Shown here: one piece after another, positions 40,316 through 51,182 of the stretch
Layout: the number at the start of each line of letters is the position of its first letter
How positions within the stretch are numbered: position 1 is the first letter of the stretch
Assembly (NCBI GenBank): GCA_019058245.1
Contig: JAHPZJ010000006.1
Span: 32,001-96,000 of the forward strand
DNA: 64,000 nt
Reading direction: 5' to 3'
Source of the DNA: Promethearchaeota archaeon
GTDB taxonomy: Archaea; Asgardarchaeota; Lokiarchaeia; Sigyniarchaeales; SOKP01
Position numbers and translations under genes: made by a program
Notes under the pieces: generated by a model
Seen by the model: the letters and a program-made list of their open reading frames with translations, nothing else
The model's database searches: none
Told to the model about the DNA's origin: nothing

Positions 40316-40648
40316 TCACCTTATTTTAGTTCCTGGAGGAATTGGTTTTCTTTCATCAATTTTTAATAAAAAAGGCTCATTATTGAGATCAGCTGCAAGG
40401 AGCATACCTTGACTTTCAACACCCATAAATTTTCTTGACTTTAAATTGGTAAGAACTATAATTTTCTTATTAATTAATTCGGGTGGAGAATAATAGTTAG
40501 CAATTCCAGTAACTATTTGTCTTAAACCTTTCTCTCCACAATCCACTATTAATGTGTAGAGATTTTTTGATATGGGTATTTTATTGCAGCTTTTTACTAG
40601 TCCTACTCGGAGATCAAGTTTTAAAAATGTCTCATAATTAATTTCCAT
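40316..40648 (-). CDS. tRNA-binding OB-fold protein (Trbp111/CsaA/MetRS C-terminal-like)
   Basis: FLKLDLRVG, RQIVTGI, NLK.RKFMGVESQGMLLAA. Confidence 0.9.
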   Translation of the reverse strand: MEINYETFLKLDLRVGLVKSCNKIPISKNLYTLIVDCGEKGLRQIVTGIANYYSPPELINKKIIVLTNLKSRKFMGVESQGMLLAADLNNEPFLLKIDERKPIPPGTKIR

Positions 40649-40655
40649 AATAAAT

Positions 40656-41522
40656 TTATCCTCTTAATGGCATACCATTTAAATTTACATATAGTTGTTC
40701 TTTTGGTTTTCTTTCTCGATACGGATTCTTAATATTATTAATTTTTCTTCCAAAAGTTAAATAGCCAGTATGACCAATCATTCTTACTTCTGGTCGAGTT
40801 GCATTTTCTTTTACTTGAATTTTTCTTTTTATTAATTCATATGTATTAATTTCAACCATTTTGTATTCCTTCATTTTTGAAACTGTTTTTTTAACTTGTT
40901 CGATAGTAGGAGAAAAAGAAACAAGTGTACCACTTAATTTCAGATAACTAACTGCTTTTTCAATAGCATTCCAAGGCGTTGCCATGTCTAAAACTATAGC
41001 ATCAACATCACTTATGGGAAATTCATCATTTATTATATCTCCAGATTGAATTGAAACGAAATTATCTAAATTAGCTCTACTTACATTTTTTTTTGCTCTT
41101 TTTATTGACTTTTCACGGACATCATATGAGTAAACATGTCCATTTGGACGTATATAATTTCCTAAAATGCATGTTAAAGCCCCTGAGCCGCATCCTGCTT
41201 CAATAACAATACTTCCAGGTCCAATTCCGGTATAAAGTAAGATTAATCCAGCATCCTCTGGATATATAATTTGAGTTTTACGAGTCATATGAAGAATATA
41301 ATCAGAGGGCAATGGTTTCAATATATAAAATTTATATCCTTGAGTTTCAAGAGGTTTCGAAAACACTACTGAACCATAGTTTTTACCAATTATATCATCA
41401 AATTCAATGATTCCTTTATGTGTGTGAAAATTATTTCCAGATTTCGCTTGAACTAACCATCTTCTCTTTTCATCAAGAACCAAAAAGATTAAATCATTTT
41501 CTTTGATAATATCAGAGCTCAT
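40656..41522 (-). CDS. trmI: tRNA (adenine-57/58-N1)-methyltransferase
   Basis: HTHKG, R.TQIIYP.D, EAGCGSG, LDM..PW, FSPTIEQV, RP..RMIGHTGYL. Confidence 0.93.
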   Translation of the reverse strand: MSSDIIKENDLIFLVLDEKRRWLVQAKSGNNFHTHKGIIEFDDIIGKNYGSVVFSKPLETQGYKFYILKPLPSDYILHMTRKTQIIYPEDAGLILLYTGIGPGSIVIEAGCGSGALTCILGNYIRPNGHVYSYDVREKSIKRAKKNVSRANLDNFVSIQSGDIINDEFPISDVDAIVLDMATPWNAIEKAVSYLKLSGTLVSFSPTIEQVKKTVSKMKEYKMVEINTYELIKRKIQVKENATRPEVRMIGHTGYLTFGRKINNIKNPYRERKPKEQLYVNLNGMPLRG

Positions 41523-41694
41523 TTTAAATCTTATCTTTATTAAATTCTAAAGTACCAAAATCTTTAACTTTTATTAAGAAAGCTTATTTTTATTATTAAT
41601 TTATTTACAAAAAATATATAAAAAATCTACAACTCACATATATATTAGACTTATAAAAAAGCTTTTTTATAAATACTCTTTTATGAATTAATTT

Positions 41695-42612
41695 ATGAGT
41701 AGAGAGAAACCCCATAGCGTTCGATCATCGCAAACTAACTTTGGAAATCTTCAATCTAAAATTGAAGATTTACGTCAGAAAAGGGACGAATTAAATAAAA
41801 AGACAAAAGATTATATCAATGAACTTCAAGATATTGAGATAGAAATTGCAAATTCTCTAAAAGTTGCTAAGGAGCAATACAAAAAAAAAAGAGATTACTG
41901 GAATAATAAGGTTAAAAAACTTAAAGAAAAAAAAATTGAATATAAAACACTTTTAGATAATTTAATAGAAGAAAAGAAGAGTTTACAGAAATCAGAAAAA
42001 GATGGTAATAATAATAAGAAAGCCCTCTCAATAAAACAAATTGAACGTAAAATTGAGAATCTTGAGAGAAGAATAGAGACAGAAACGCTTGATATTACAG
42101 AAGAAAATACTATTATTGATAAAATAAGAGAATTAGCGGCAATGAAACAGGAATGTTTATCGCAACAAAATAGCAATGAAATTTTAAAAATTGAAAGAAA
42201 AATTGAAATTGTCAAGATTAATCTCAATAAAATTTATGAACAGTTGAATAAATGGTCTGAAAAATCACAAACTTATCATTCAAGGATGTTACAAGAGTTC
42301 CAAAACGTTGATAAACTTAAAGAAGAGAAGAGAAAACTAGAAGAAGAACTAATAAATAATAAAAAAACAGCAGATCAATTTCATGAACAGTATTTAAAGC
42401 TAATGAATCAAAGAAAAAACTCATATAAGGGGAAAAAATCTTATAATCCGCGTAAAAAGCCAACAATTAAATCTGGTCGAGCAAACAAAAAAAATGAAAT
42501 GATTGAAAAAATTAAACAAGATAAATTAGCTACAGCATTAGAAAAACAAAAAGCTGGAAAAAAATTAAACCTATTTGAAGCAAGATTAATTCTTGAGAAA
42601 TCTGAAGAATAA
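41695..42612 (+). CDS. Archaeal coiled-coil protein (COG1340-like)
   Basis: Long heptad pattern, LE..IET..L....E...I, C-terminal GKKLNL.E. Confidence 0.75.
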   Translation: MSREKPHSVRSSQTNFGNLQSKIEDLRQKRDELNKKTKDYINELQDIEIEIANSLKVAKEQYKKKRDYWNNKVKKLKEKKIEYKTLLDNLIEEKKSLQKSEKDGNNNKKALSIKQIERKIENLERRIETETLDITEENTIIDKIRELAAMKQECLSQQNSNEILKIERKIEIVKINLNKIYEQLNKWSEKSQTYHSRMLQEFQNVDKLKEEKRKLEEELINNKKTADQFHEQYLKLMNQRKNSYKGKKSYNPRKKPTIKSGRANKKNEMIEKIKQDKLATALEKQKAGKKLNLFEARLILEKSEE

Positions 42613-42786
42613 ATTCTTTTTTTAAATAATAATTAGTAAGATTAAACGATAATAGTGGTTTTTATTAATCTTCTAATCTAATATTAGAAATTTCAATAAA
42701 ATTAGAGAGAACTAAATAAGGTTTAATAAAATTGCTGATTTATTATTTAAATAACTTCTAATATTAATGGAAAGGATTGATTTAAT

Positions 42787-44115
42787 TTGAATAAAAAATT
42801 AACTGAAATACGTAATCTCTTAATGGAACATCATGATTGGTTCCAAAAGTCCATCCCCCTTATTGCTTCTGAAAATATCACTAGTCCAGCTGTAGATGAG
42901 GCATGTGCTAGTGATTTCTCGCATCGATATGCAGAAGGATGGAGTGGACAGAGAGTCTATGCAGGATGTAAGTATATAGACCAAATTGAGGATATTTGTA
43001 TGGATCTCACAAAAGAATATTTTAAGTGTATTCATGCTGATGTTAGGCCAGTATCGGGAGTTGTAGCGAATTTAGCTATGTATAATGCATTTACTTCGGA
43101 TAATAATGGTAAGATGTGTTGTATGGCTATCGTTCGGGGAGGACATATCTCACATGGTCCTCGTTTTGCTAAAAGTGGAAATGAAATTTTTGGTACAGCG
43201 GGAACAACAAGAGGAATAAATGTTGAATACCTAGCATTTGATAATGATGAAATGAATCTTGATATTGACGGATCTGCTAAAATTATTAGAGAATTTGAGC
43301 CAGAATTAGTTTTATTTGGTGGTTCAGTATTTTTATTTCCACACCCCGTTAAAGAACTTAGTGAAGTTGCAAAAGAAGTTGGTGCAAATGTTGGGTATGA
43401 TGGAGCACATGTAGCTGGTTTAATTGGTTCTGGATACTTCCAAGATCCCTTGAGAGAAGGTGCGGATGTAATGACTATGAGTACACATAAAACTCTTCCA
43501 GGACCTCAACATGGTATCCTAGTCTCAAATAGAGAGGATTTAATTGAAACTCTAAAAGCTTGCGCTTTTCCAGCCTTGTTATCTAATCATCATTTGCATA
43601 ATGTTGCGGGATTGGCTATAGCCTTAGCAGAAATGTTAGAATTTGGAAAGGATTATCATAAAAAAGTAATTGAAAATGCTCAAGCACTTGGACAGGCTTT
43701 ATCAGATATAGGAATAAAAGTATTGATGGAACATAAAAATTTTACAGAATCTCATCAAATAGTTGTTGATATTACCGATTTTGAGAAGACTATAGGATTA
43801 GGGGGAGATATTGAGAAATTATTAGAAGAAGCAAATATTATATTAAATCGTAATCTTTTACCATATGATATTGCCCAAGGTAGACATTATCAAAATCCCG
43901 GAGGTTTGAGAATAGGAACTTCTGAAATTACTCGGCTTGGAATGGGTAAAAGTGAAATGGTTGATATCGCTGAATTTTTTAAAAAACTATTAGTTGAGAT
44001 GAATGATCCAAAAAAAATAAAAAATGAGGTAATAGAGTTTCGAAAAGATTTCCAAGAGATAAAATATTGTTTTCAATCTCCAAGTAAAGCTTATGAATAT
44101 TTGAAGTTTTATTAA
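42787..44115 (+). CDS. glyA: Serine hydroxymethyltransferase
   Basis: LIASEN, RYAEG, GGHISHG, YDGAH, STHKTLPGP, GLRIGT. Confidence 0.96.
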   Translation: MNKKLTEIRNLLMEHHDWFQKSIPLIASENITSPAVDEACASDFSHRYAEGWSGQRVYAGCKYIDQIEDICMDLTKEYFKCIHADVRPVSGVVANLAMYNAFTSDNNGKMCCMAIVRGGHISHGPRFAKSGNEIFGTAGTTRGINVEYLAFDNDEMNLDIDGSAKIIREFEPELVLFGGSVFLFPHPVKELSEVAKEVGANVGYDGAHVAGLIGSGYFQDPLREGADVMTMSTHKTLPGPQHGILVSNREDLIETLKACAFPALLSNHHLHNVAGLAIALAEMLEFGKDYHKKVIENAQALGQALSDIGIKVLMEHKNFTESHQIVVDITDFEKTIGLGGDIEKLLEEANIILNRNLLPYDIAQGRHYQNPGGLRIGTSEITRLGMGKSEMVDIAEFFKKLLVEMNDPKKIKNEVIEFRKDFQEIKYCFQSPSKAYEYLKFY

Positions 44116-44196
44116 CAATATTTACCATTATTTTTTCTTTAGAATAATAAAACTTATCTTAAACAATTCATTTAAGACTTATTATAATTTTGTATA

Positions 44197-45039
44197 ATGA
44201 AAGTCATGAGTCTTGAAATTCTTGAAAAAAGTGATACCAAACTCGTTTTTGTGGTAGATGGGATTTCTATTGAAATGGTAAATGCTATTCGCAGAATTAT
44301 TATTTCTGAGATCCCTGTAATGGCAATAGATGAGGTTATCATTCTTAAAAACGATAGTCCTTTATATGATGAAATAATTGCTCATCGTTTAGGGTTAATT
44401 CCATTAACGACTGATTTAGATGTATATAAGCTTCCACGTGATTGCGAATGTGGTGGTTACGGATGCCCTCTTTGCCAAGTCTCTTTAACATGTGAAGTAA
44501 CTAATACATCAAATACCACAATGGAGATTTATTCTGCTAATCTAAGTTCTAATGATCCAAAAATAGTTCCTGTTAATCCAAATATTCCATTAGTCAAAAT
44601 TGATAAGAATGATAAAGTAATAATTGAAGCTTATGCTGTATTAGGTTTAGCAAAAGATCATGTAAAATACCAAGCAGTTTCAAATATTTTCTATAGATTT
44701 TATCCAGAAATAGAATTTGATAGTACTAAATGTACTAAATGTCCAGATAAGTGTTTAGTATCAAGAATGTGTCCTGAAAAATTATATGATTTTTCAAATA
44801 AAAAAACTCCAATTTTAATAGAAGATTATTGGAAAAAATGTACGTTATGTAATTTTTGCCAAAATGAATGTCCAGAGAAGGCAATAAAGGTAAGATGGAA
44901 AGAAAATACTTATATTTTTTCTATTGAGAGTGACGGAGTTCTTTCTTTTGAAGCTATTATAAAGAAAACATTTGAGATTTTCTTAGAAAAAATTGATGAA
45001 TTTATTGAAAATCTAGGAGAAATTGAGATAGAATCATAA
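44197..45039 (+). CDS. rpoD: DNA-directed RNA polymerase subunit Rpo3 (RpoD)
   Basis: NAIRR, N.S.LYDE.IAHRLGLIP, G....H.K, IESDG; Cys-rich inserts. Confidence 0.95.
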   Translation: MKVMSLEILEKSDTKLVFVVDGISIEMVNAIRRIIISEIPVMAIDEVIILKNDSPLYDEIIAHRLGLIPLTTDLDVYKLPRDCECGGYGCPLCQVSLTCEVTNTSNTTMEIYSANLSSNDPKIVPVNPNIPLVKIDKNDKVIIEAYAVLGLAKDHVKYQAVSNIFYRFYPEIEFDSTKCTKCPDKCLVSRMCPEKLYDFSNKKTPILIEDYWKKCTLCNFCQNECPEKAIKVRWKENTYIFSIESDGVLSFEAIIKKTFEIFLEKIDEFIENLGEIEIES

Positions 45040-45103
45040 ATTATCAAAAAATTATTAAAATATTATAAATTTCAGATATCAGATTTATTGGTGATTATAA
45101 CTA

Positions 45104-45460
45104 ATGTCCCATAAAATTACTGGCCCGTCGAATTATTATATGAGAAAGCTGATCAGAGATTTGTGGAAGACTAAGATAAAAATTTGGAAGAAGTTATCCA
45201 AAAAGTTAAGTGGTCCAAGAAAGAACAGAGTTAAAGCAAACTTATATCGTATTAACAAGAAAACAAGCAAAGATGATGTAATCGTCATCCCTGGGAAAGT
45301 TTTAGGAATGGGAGAGTTAGATCATACTCTTACAATTGCATGTTTAGAATACTCAAAATCAGCGAAAAAGAAGATTGAATCATCTGGGAGTAAACTGCTG
45401 ACAATTGAAGAATTAATAGAAAATAATCCTAAGGGGAGTGGAGTAAAAGTTTTTTATTAG
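45104..45460 (+). CDS. rpl18e: 50S ribosomal protein eL18
   Basis: IW......L..PR, VIPGKVLG.G, NPKGS. Confidence 0.93.
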   Translation: MSHKITGPSNYYMRKLIRDLWKTKIKIWKKLSKKLSGPRKNRVKANLYRINKKTSKDDVIVIPGKVLGMGELDHTLTIACLEYSKSAKKKIESSGSKLLTIEELIENNPKGSGVKVFY

Positions 45461-45475
45461 ATCTATTAAAAACTT

Positions 45476-45967
45476 ATGAGTAGTGAATATTCTATGGTTA
45501 TCGAATATAAATTATATGACGCAACAGATAAAATCTTAGGTAGATTTTGTTCAATAATTGCAAAAAAGGCTTTATTAGGGGAATATATAATAGTAATTAA
45601 TGCGAAGAATGCAATTATAAGCGGAAATAAAAGAAACATACATGAAAAGTATTTAGCACGATTAAATGTTACAACAGCAACTAATCCACGTAGAGGTCCC
45701 TTTCATGAAAGAAGACCAGATACTTTTATGAGAAGAGTTATAAAACAAATGTTACCACGAAAGAAACTACGAGGAAAAGAAGCTCTTAAAAGAGTTCATA
45801 TTTTTATCTCAGGTATTCCTGAAAGGTTTAAAGGAAAGTATCAAATTATTGTAACAAAAGATATAAATAATGTAGATAAAAGACGACTTTCATATTTTAA
45901 CAAATTTATTACCTTAGAAAATTTATGTCAACGTATTGGTTGGAAAAAAACTGAGATTGAGGCTTAA
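45476..45967 (+). CDS. rpl13: 50S ribosomal protein uL13
   Basis: DA....LGR..S.IAK, NP.RGPFH.RRPD, MLP.K..RG..AL.R. Confidence 0.95.
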   Translation: MSSEYSMVIEYKLYDATDKILGRFCSIIAKKALLGEYIIVINAKNAIISGNKRNIHEKYLARLNVTTATNPRRGPFHERRPDTFMRRVIKQMLPRKKLRGKEALKRVHIFISGIPERFKGKYQIIVTKDINNVDKRRLSYFNKFITLENLCQRIGWKKTEIEA

Positions 45968-45969
45968 AA

Positions 45970-46380
45970 ATGTCAATGAAAGTAATTCAAGCATCAGGAA
46001 AAAGGAAAGCCGCAATTGCGAGGGCAGTGTTAAAACATCCTGCAAAGGGTCAAATAAAAATAAATAATATACCCTTGAAATTATATGAACCTGAAATTGC
46101 TCGATTAAGGATTCAAGAGGTACTTGAAATTATCAATCATCCAAAAATTGAGAAATGTGATATCAATGTAAGAGTTAAAGGCGGCGGGATAATGGGAAGA
46201 ACTGATGCTGTTAGAATGGCAATTGCTAAATCAATAAATAAATTTATTGGAACAAAAACCATTGAAAGAAGTTTTAGAGAATATGATGATTCTCTTCTAA
46301 GTGGTGATTCAAGACGTACAGAACCTAAGAAATTTGGAGGGAAAAAAGCCAGATCTCGACGTCAAAAATCATTTAGATAA
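45970..46380 (+). CDS. rps9: 30S ribosomal protein uS9
   Basis: GKRK.AIARA, GGG.MG, D.RRTEPKKFGG..AR.R.QKSFR. Confidence 0.96.
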   Translation: MSMKVIQASGKRKAAIARAVLKHPAKGQIKINNIPLKLYEPEIARLRIQEVLEIINHPKIEKCDINVRVKGGGIMGRTDAVRMAIAKSINKFIGTKTIERSFREYDDSLLSGDSRRTEPKKFGGKKARSRRQKSFR

Positions 46381-46397
46381 TTAATTAAAAAAAAAGA

Positions 46398-47714
46398 CTA
46401 AAAACTTTCTAATTGAGCACCTAATTTCATGAGATCTTCATAAAAAGAGGGATAAGAATCATACACAATTTCACTATTATGAATTTGTGAAAATGAATCC
46501 GCATATAATGCCGCTATGCTACATGCCATAGCAATTCTATGATCATTATTATGATTTATAATTGTTCCCTTTAATTTATTACAATGAAATATTGTAAGTT
46601 TATCATCTTCTTCTATGACTTTCACACCCATCTTATGTAATTCTCGAGCCATCGCATAAATCCTGTCAGTTTCTTTTAAACGTAAATGAGAAGCATTATA
46701 GAGTGTAGTTTTCCCCTCCGCAAAAGCACCAATAATAGCTAAGATTGGAAATAAATCAGGAACATCAGTACAATCAATTTCAGTCCCTTTAAGAGGATAT
46801 TTAATAGAATCTCCAATAATTATTATCCGATCTTCATCTTCTTCAATTTTTATATTAGCACCCATCTTTCTTAAAATTTCAATAATTTTTTTATCTCCTT
46901 GAAAATTCTTTATATTCAGGTTATTAATAATTATTGAGGAGGATTTTTTAGATAACACTGTTGCAGCAAAAATAAATGCTGCTGAAGAAAAATCTCCCGG
47001 AATTGCATAGGATTGTGATCTATAAGTTTGATCATTTGTAATGTAAAATTTCCCACTCTCAAAATTAGCTTGAATATTGATTCCAAATGTTTCCAAAACA
47101 TCTAAAGTGATATCAATATAAGGTTTAGACACTAATGGGGTTGTAAGTTCAATTTCTATATAATCGCTACTAAAACAATTTAATCGTGGGCATAAGATTA
47201 ACAACGCACTTATGAATTGTGAACTTACATCACCCCGAATTTTAATTTTATTACAAATTATTTTCTTGCGTCTGATTTTAAGCTTAGAACTTGATAACTT
47301 GAAATGAGCTCCTAGTTGTTTGAGTGCTTCGAGGAGTGGAAGAATAGGTCGTTCGAGTTCAAAAAAATCTCCCTTTAATATCAACCCATTTTCATATAAT
47401 AAACTCAAAGCACTTAAAATTCTTATAGTTGTTCCTGAGTTTTTGCAATCTAGTACTTTTTTATAGGATTTGAAAGAATCTTTGGCAGCTTTAACAATAA
47501 AAGTGTTATCATTTTTTTTAAGGATTTTTACTCCAAGAGATTTTAAAACATTCATTGTAATCTTAACATCTCCACTAGTTAATGGATTTTTGATTATGGA
47601 AATACCATCAGCAAGGCTGGCTGCGATAAATGCTCTATGTGAATAACTTTTAGATGGTTGTGCTATTATTTCACCATTCAAACTGTTTGATAGTGGATAT
47701 ATTTTAAGATTCAT
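46398..47714 (-). CDS. aroA: 3-phosphoshikimate 1-carboxyvinyltransferase (EPSP synthase)
   Basis: SKSYSHR, NSGTT.R, SSQFIS, GDFSSA, LRLKETDR, DHRIAM, SYP.F. Confidence 0.95.
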   Translation of the reverse strand: MNLKIYPLSNSLNGEIIAQPSKSYSHRAFIAASLADGISIIKNPLTSGDVKITMNVLKSLGVKILKKNDNTFIVKAAKDSFKSYKKVLDCKNSGTTIRILSALSLLYENGLILKGDFFELERPILPLLEALKQLGAHFKLSSSKLKIRRKKIICNKIKIRGDVSSQFISALLILCPRLNCFSSDYIEIELTTPLVSKPYIDITLDVLETFGINIQANFESGKFYITNDQTYRSQSYAIPGDFSSAAFIFAATVLSKKSSSIIINNLNIKNFQGDKKIIEILRKMGANIKIEEDEDRIIIIGDSIKYPLKGTEIDCTDVPDLFPILAIIGAFAEGKTTLYNASHLRLKETDRIYAMARELHKMGVKVIEEDDKLTIFHCNKLKGTIINHNNDHRIAMACSIAALYADSFSQIHNSEIVYDSYPSFYEDLMKLGAQLESF

Positions 47715-47802
47715 TATTTAATAAATAGAAAGTTATAGATATAATATTAATTAAATAATCTTGCAATATTAGTATTTATAATCCTTTAAGAGTCTGAAAA
47801 AA

Positions 47803-48909
47803 ATGGATAATTCATTTGGTACTATTTTTAAAATAACCTCCTTTGGAGAAAGTCATGGAAATTTAATTGGAATTATATTAGATGGTGTTCCTGCAGGATT
47901 AGATTTTGATTCAAATTTCATTCAAGAAGAAATTAATAGAAGAAAACCAGGTCAATCATCAATAACATCACCTCGCACTGAGGAGGATCATGTTAAAGTA
48001 TTATCAGGTATCTTTAATAATAAAACCACAGGAGCACCAGTTTGTTTAATAATTGAAAATAAGGATATTGATTCCTCAAAATATGAACAATATAAGGATT
48101 TTTTACGCCCTTCCCATGTAGATTACTCTACATTACGAAAATATGGTGGATTTTCTGATTATAGAGGATCGGGAAGATTTTCTGGGAGAATTACAGCAGG
48201 ATTTGTTATGGCTGGGGCTATCGCAAAACAAATATTAAAAAAATATAACATTATGATATTTGCTTATACAAAAAGTATTGGAAATGTTATTGATGAAGAG
48301 AATTTTCCGATAAATGAATTAGAAAAATTAATTGATCTAAGAGAACAATCTTCTGTGAGAGCAATAAATTTGAATAAATCACAGATAATGGAAAAATTAA
48401 TTCATGAAGTTAAAAAACAAAAAGATTCTATTGGAGGTACAATAAAATGTATTGTCTTATCTTTCCCAGAGGGTAAAGGAGGACCAATTTTTAATAGTAT
48501 CGAGTCAAATATAAGTAGAGCTATGTTTGCGATTCCTGGAATAAAGGGTATTGAATTTGGCGCTGGTTTTAAAGCATCCAAAATGAAAGGTTCTGAACAT
48601 AATGATCCTTGGATTGTGAAAGATTCAAAAATTCAGACAACAAAAAATGATGCTGGGGGAATAATAGGAGGAATATCTACAGGGATGCCAATTGAGTTTA
48701 CAGTTGCAGTCAAACCTACTTCCTCAATAGGAGTTCCCCAAAAAACAGTAAATATCAAGAGAATGGAAAATGTAGAATTTGAATATTCTGGTCGTCATGA
48801 TCCATGTTTAGTACCAAGGATTGTACCAGTTGTAGAAGCTATGACAGCAAATGTTTTATTGGATTGTCTATTAATTGAGAATTATATCCCTAGGGTATTT
48901 AAAAAGTAA
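47803..48909 (+). CDS. aroC: Chorismate synthase
   Basis: FGESHG, RRKPG, RPSH.D, SGR.TA, GGIIGGIS.G, KPTSSI, GRHDPC. Confidence 0.96.
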   Translation: MDNSFGTIFKITSFGESHGNLIGIILDGVPAGLDFDSNFIQEEINRRKPGQSSITSPRTEEDHVKVLSGIFNNKTTGAPVCLIIENKDIDSSKYEQYKDFLRPSHVDYSTLRKYGGFSDYRGSGRFSGRITAGFVMAGAIAKQILKKYNIMIFAYTKSIGNVIDEENFPINELEKLIDLREQSSVRAINLNKSQIMEKLIHEVKKQKDSIGGTIKCIVLSFPEGKGGPIFNSIESNISRAMFAIPGIKGIEFGAGFKASKMKGSEHNDPWIVKDSKIQTTKNDAGGIIGGISTGMPIEFTVAVKPTSSIGVPQKTVNIKRMENVEFEYSGRHDPCLVPRIVPVVEAMTANVLLDCLLIENYIPRVFKK

Positions 48910-49003
48910 AATTTAATATGTACATTATTAATAAAAATTTTTTAGATGTAATTGCAAATTTAAAAAAAATTTATGTTAATTATAAAATAATCATTAAAAT
49001 ATC

Positions 49004-49228
49004 ATGTCCTCAATAGATCAAGAGAAATTTATAGAAGATGTTATAAGAATAATAGATAGATGGTCTTTTGAACAATGTGCTTATTGCGAAAATGGAACCC
49101 TAGTTTCAATTGATGGGATGCTTGATTTTAAATGCTCTAAATGTGGAAGGCCTATGAATCCCGTTGAATATTTAGGACAAATTTCCAAAATTGTTTTTAA
49201 TTATAGAGAAAAATCATCTGAACTTTAA
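49004..49228 (+). CDS. Small zinc-ribbon protein
   Basis: CAYC...CSKC pair flanked by helices. Confidence 0.7.
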   Translation: MSSIDQEKFIEDVIRIIDRWSFEQCAYCENGTLVSIDGMLDFKCSKCGRPMNPVEYLGQISKIVFNYREKSSEL

Positions 49229-49635
49229 AAATGTGCATTATATTGGATAATAGCACGTTAAAATTAAGATTATCTTTATTAATTTAGTTTTTATTCTTTC
49301 TTGAGATCCATTATTCTAATATTTACCTTAGATTCGTAATTAAGATTTATCTCCAAGTATATCTGAGTATTGTGGCGCAGATCCAAATTTATTTTAGATT
49401 TACTTCGAATTATTAAGAATACTTAGTATTTATTATCCATTAACAAATAACAAAGATTATCTTGGATATCATTCAATGATTTTTTTTGCTAATGAATCTC
49501 AAATATAAAGTATCTGGTTTAAAATGGGAACCTTCACGTAAATTCAGTAGTTCCTCGAATATTTTGCTACAAATAAAAATATAGATAATTTATTATAATT
49601 AATAACACAAAATAACATATAGTTAAAACCAAAAT

Positions 49636-49881
49636 TTGGATAATCTAATTAGAATGGATAAAAAAATCGATACCTCTGACCAATTTATTGAATTTTATAA
49701 AAAAAAAGGAGATTATTTAGTATCTCTTTCAGAAAATCATTTTAAGAATATAGAATATCGTAAATGTCTTGAATTATTAAATCAAGCTTATGCAATGTAT
49801 ATGAAAGGGTATTATACAGATCTCGCTGAAAAAACAAAGCAAAAATTCTTAGAGATTAAAGAAAAATACTTTCCAAAATGA
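49636..49881 (+). CDS. Hypothetical helical-hairpin (TPR-like) protein
   Basis: G......S...F....Y..C...L..A...Y pattern. Confidence 0.6.
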   Translation: MDNLIRMDKKIDTSDQFIEFYKKKGDYLVSLSENHFKNIEYRKCLELLNQAYAMYMKGYYTDLAEKTKQKFLEIKEKYFPK

Positions 49882-49892
49882 AAAGTTTAAAC

Positions 49893-50381
49893 TTATTCTA
49901 AAAATCTGTCTAGTTTTTCTTCAATATCTTCAATATGGGAACCTTGCCAATATACTTTTTTACATTGAAGATTGGAACATTGATAGAATTCATTGTAATT
50001 ATTATATGTATCCTGTAATACATAATCTTTTATAGAAGATTTAGATACAACTCTTTTTAGTGGTGAATTGCAAACTGAACAACGTGCTTTTTTTATGTTG
50101 AATTTAAAATTCAAACCAATTTCTTTATTAAGGTAATGAAGATAATTGTATATTCCTTCTCCACTTAGGAAAATTACATTATCCTTATTTTGATTATATA
50201 AGGGGTAATCTTTTGTAATAATAATCCGGTTGTTTTTATTTGCAAAATCTACTAATTTTTCATCAGGAACTGGATCTATTTTAAAATAATCTATTAATTC
50301 ATTAGCATAGATTGTATCATATCCAAAAATTCTCAGGAAACGAGTTAATTTACCTAACATTGCATCAACTAAAAACTTCAT
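49893..50381 (-). CDS. Mut7-C RNase (PIN-like plus Zn ribbon)
   Basis: KFLVDAMLGKL.R.LRI.GYD, IITKD, RCSVCN, C...C.KVYW.GSH. Confidence 0.92.
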   Translation of the reverse strand: MKFLVDAMLGKLTRFLRIFGYDTIYANELIDYFKIDPVPDEKLVDFANKNNRIIITKDYPLYNQNKDNVIFLSGEGIYNYLHYLNKEIGLNFKFNIKKARCSVCNSPLKRVVSKSSIKDYVLQDTYNNYNEFYQCSNLQCKKVYWQGSHIEDIEEKLDRFLE

Positions 50382-50555
50382 ATTGACTAGCTTGAGCTTT
50401 TTTGAGTTTTTCTAGACCATATATATTTAGAAAATAATTTTTTTTGATTAATAATAATTAAGATACATAATAGTATATTTAACAATTGTAAGATTATAAT
50501 ATAATTGAAATATAATCAAAAAAAAGTGATTTAAATCAAAATAGAAGCTAAAGAG

Positions 50556-51068
50556 TTGATGGAAAAAGCAGTAAGATTCCATGGTCATATCTGCCCTGGT
50601 TTAACTATAGGTGTGTCGGTTGCTAAGTATGTTTTAGAACATGGATATGAGTATTCTCCTAATGAAGAGTTGGTAGCTGTTGTTGAAAATGATAATTGTA
50701 GTGTTGATGCTCTTCAATCAATATTAGGAACAACATATGGAAAAGGAAATCTTATTCATCAAGATTATGGTAAAAATAATTATAGTTTTTATGATAGAAG
50801 AACCGAGAAAAGCGTAAGATTATCTATTAGAAGAAATGCTTTTGGTGATAAAAAGTTAACGAGAGACGAGAGGGTTCAATTCTTATTAAAATCAAATCCA
50901 GAAAAGGTCTTTAATATAGAAGAAATTGATTATAATCCCCCAGATTTAGCTCAAATTGAAGAGTCTGTACAATGCGAGATCTGTGGAGAACTTACTATGA
51001 GTAGTCGACTTATGGTATATAACAATTCTGAGATTTGTATTCCTTGTTACAAAAAAATGAGAAAATAA
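50556..51068 (+). CDS. fmdE: FmdE/FwdE family protein with C-terminal Zn finger
   Basis: FHGHICPG..IG, ENDNC..DA.Q, GKGN, CEICGE...CIPC. Confidence 0.9.
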   Translation: MMEKAVRFHGHICPGLTIGVSVAKYVLEHGYEYSPNEELVAVVENDNCSVDALQSILGTTYGKGNLIHQDYGKNNYSFYDRRTEKSVRLSIRRNAFGDKKLTRDERVQFLLKSNPEKVFNIEEIDYNPPDLAQIEESVQCEICGELTMSSRLMVYNNSEICIPCYKKMRK

Positions 51069-51182
51069 CAAAAAAATGAATAATAATAATTTTGTTTTTT
51101 TATTTGAATTGAATTTCACTATACAAGATTTCTTAATAGGTTAATTTTTGTTAATTTTGAATAATTAGTTAAATGAAATAAA

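Noticed and set aside
49230-49630. 400-bp gap that might be a decayed gene or ncRNA
   Set aside because: Only short broken frames and a weak hairpin; no diagnostic motif.
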